Assembly (NCBI GenBank): GCA_977020255.1
Contig: CDROCS010001004.1
Span: 1-64,000 of the forward strand
Direction of reading: 5' to 3'
DNA length: 64,000 nucleotides
Source of the DNA: Obrimoposthia wandeli
Lineage: Eukaryota
The notes below the pieces were generated by a model. The model was not told the origin of the DNA. It searched no databases and saw only the letters and a list, made by a program, of their open reading frames with translations. Below are positions 61,886 through 64,000 of the stretch, piece after piece. A program made the translations under genes and the position numbers. The stretch's first letter is position 1; every line of letters starts with the position of its first letter.

Positions 61886-63493
61886 TTATTTTGTTGTTCT
61901 ACGTACCAACTGAATCCCCTCCTGTGGCCAACGCATTATTAAACTAGCACCACCTGACGGGGAATCTGCAACACTGACCTCTCCGCCATGCCAGTAAGCA
62001 ATACGCTGAACAATCGATAAGCCTAAACCAAATCCGCCTGTCCCTCGGTCACGACTGGCATCCAGTCGTCGGAATGCATCAAATATTTGCTCTCGTTGGT
62101 CTTTTGGAATGCCGCTGCCATCGTCATCAACCTTGAGTTGATAATATCCATTATCTCTTGAGAAGGTTATTTTTATCTCACTACGTGCATAACGCTTTGC
62201 ATTTTGTAATAAATTTCCTAGTGCTCTTGCCATTAATGCTGGATCAAAGTGTGCATGCTTGAATTCTTGATCAGATATTTCAAAATCAATAACGAACTCA
62301 CTCGTGCCAATTTGTGCTTGGCGTATAACTTCGACTAACCAGGGACGCACCTCCAAAGGTTGGAAATCAACGACTGGGCTGTCCCTGTCAAACCGTGCAT
62401 AAGTAAGCAATTCAGCTACCAGCTGATCTAATTCATCGATGTCACTATTGATACTCAACATATAGCGATTTCTACTTTCAGTATCTGTCGATGTCTCTAA
62501 CATTTCCATACCGAACCGCATTCGCGCTATCGGTGTTCGAAGTTCGTGAGAAACAGCATTGGTGAGTTCTTTATGCGATGAAATCAGGCCTTGTATACGA
62601 TCTGCCATGGAATTGAAAGCGCCTGCTAAGCGATGGAGAACGGAATGCTTGCGAGTTAGTACTCGCACGCTAAAATCTCCTTGGCCGAATGCCTTAGTGC
62701 TACTACTTAAGCGATTCAAATCTTGCCATAGAGGGAACACCCACAGCAATACTGCCAATGCCACCAATATCAAGAACACCAACATCAACACAGTGTTTAG
62801 ATAATCCAATGTTACTGGCTCATCAAATGGCCCTAATTTAATAATGTAGGATGAATTATTTATCCTGCGATAGAACAGTTCATCATCATTGCCTTCAAAC
62901 TCAAATATGATGATTTCTCTACTCTCCAGTTTCTGCGATTTATCAATAAGTAATTCGTCATCATTTTGCTCGACAAGGTCAATCTGGAAATAAAAGTGCT
63001 GATTTAAAGTTTCGACGATAGCACCCCAGTCCTGCGGCGGCTTACCTTGCAAACTTGCTTCTATGAGATTAAAAGTACTATTAGTCAGACGCTGTACATG
63101 CTGATGACCCGACTGTTCATATGGTATCTGCAAGATCCATTGTTTATCGCCAAGGCGCTTATAGGTGTATTGAGCGCCATATATTTCAGCAACCACGAAA
63201 GCGCCCTGCTTTAATCTATCTATATCTTCTGGGGGCAAAGACAAAGATTCTATCGGTAATATTTCTACTTGATAACCATCACCCCTATTAATCTCAGCCA
63301 TTGCCTGTGGCCACTGCGCTTCAGGCTTATTTTGCAGACGCTCTTCTAATAAATGATAAGTGCCGTTTGTCAGGTTGGCTAAATGGTTCTCTAAGGTTCC
63401 ATGTAAAATATTACCCACGTTAGCCACACCGATAAAAAAAACAATGGCGGCCAGTGCGATGAATGAATACAGCTTTAGAAATAATCGACCCAC
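61886..63493 (-). CDS. HAMP sensor histidine kinase (RstB-like)
   Basis: VSHELRTP, NLLQNA.RY, DDDGSG and GGFGLGL motifs. Confidence 0.92.
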   Translation of the reverse strand: MGRLFLKLYSFIALAAIVFFIGVANVGNILHGTLENHLANLTNGTYHLLEERLQNKPEAQWPQAMAEINRGDGYQVEILPIESLSLPPEDIDRLKQGAFVVAEIYGAQYTYKRLGDKQWILQIPYEQSGHQHVQRLTNSTFNLIEASLQGKPPQDWGAIVETLNQHFYFQIDLVEQNDDELLIDKSQKLESREIIIFEFEGNDDELFYRRINNSSYIIKLGPFDEPVTLDYLNTVLMLVFLILVALAVLLWVFPLWQDLNRLSSSTKAFGQGDFSVRVLTRKHSVLHRLAGAFNSMADRIQGLISSHKELTNAVSHELRTPIARMRFGMEMLETSTDTESRNRYMLSINSDIDELDQLVAELLTYARFDRDSPVVDFQPLEVRPWLVEVIRQAQIGTSEFVIDFEISDQEFKHAHFDPALMARALGNLLQNAKRYARSEIKITFSRDNGYYQLKVDDDGSGIPKDQREQIFDAFRRLDASRDRGTGGFGLGLSIVQRIAYWHGGEVSVADSPSGGASLIMRWPQEGIQLVRRTTK

Positions 63494-63513
63494 AGCTCTT
63501 ATCCTTCCCAGGC

Positions 63514-64000
63514 TTATTTAACAAAGAGATAGCCTTTGCCACGTATGGTTTTAATCCGCAGTGGATGGCTGGTATCATCTCCGATTTTTTTACGTAAACG
63601 TGATACACGTATATCGACCGAGCGATCGATACCGTCATAATCGATGCCGCGTAGACTTTCTAAGATAGCATCGCGCGTAAAAACAACCCCGGGGTTACTT
63701 GCCAGTAACCACAACAGATCAAAATCATTAGTGGTTAGATCCAACACTTCGCTGCCTAGCTTTGCTTCACGTGCGCTGGCATTGATAGTGAAATGACCAT
63801 AGTTAAATTGGCTATTTTCAACCTGTTGTGCCGGTTGAGTCGATGCTGGACTTGAGAAACGGCGCATCAATGCGCGGATACGTGCTAGCAGCACCCTTGG
63901 CTGCACCGGCTTCGTGATGTAATCATCAGCTCCTATCTCTAACCCGACCACCTGATCTATATCTTCATCGCGCGCGGTTAGCATCATGATAGGTCCAGCA
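63514..64000 (-). CDS. OmpR-family response regulator, 3' part (5' end outside the window)
   Basis: MLTARD, GADDY.TKP, LT..DFDLL and I.T.RGKGY motifs. Confidence 0.92.
   Translation of the reverse strand, partial: AGPIMMLTARDEDIDQVVGLEIGADDYITKPVQPRVLLARIRALMRRFSSPASTQPAQQVENSQFNYGHFTINASAREAKLGSEVLDLTTNDFDLLWLLASNPGVVFTRDAILESLRGIDYDGIDRSVDIRVSRLRKKIGDDTSHPLRIKTIRGKGYLFVK

Overview
Chromosomal window from an AT-rich gammaproteobacterium; a marine Alteromonadales-like host is my inference from gene content and repeat types. It opens with the 5' part of a short tyrosine recombinase, followed by an IS1182-family element, a membrane GGDEF-EAL gene and an IS3-family element. Next is a myo-inositol catabolic/ABC-transport cluster (6.9-20 kb). 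A long accessory mosaic of one- or two-gene detoxification, redox and regulatory modules runs from 20 to 49 kb, followed by a more ordinary stretch of regulators, transporters and oxidoreductases ending in an OmpR-type two-component pair. No rRNA, tRNA or CRISPR array was seen. The most notable pattern is a family of about 14 degenerate 30-bp palindromic sites (11-bp arm, 8-bp spacer, 11-bp arm). These sites delimit the accessory modules, begin about 83 bp upstream of the recombinase, are targeted in the same register by IS1182 and an IS1182-type MITE, and often abut integron attC-like sites. Together they suggest a candidate recombinase-driven cassette system distinct from classical integrons. 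All alignments were done by eye and no database searches were run.
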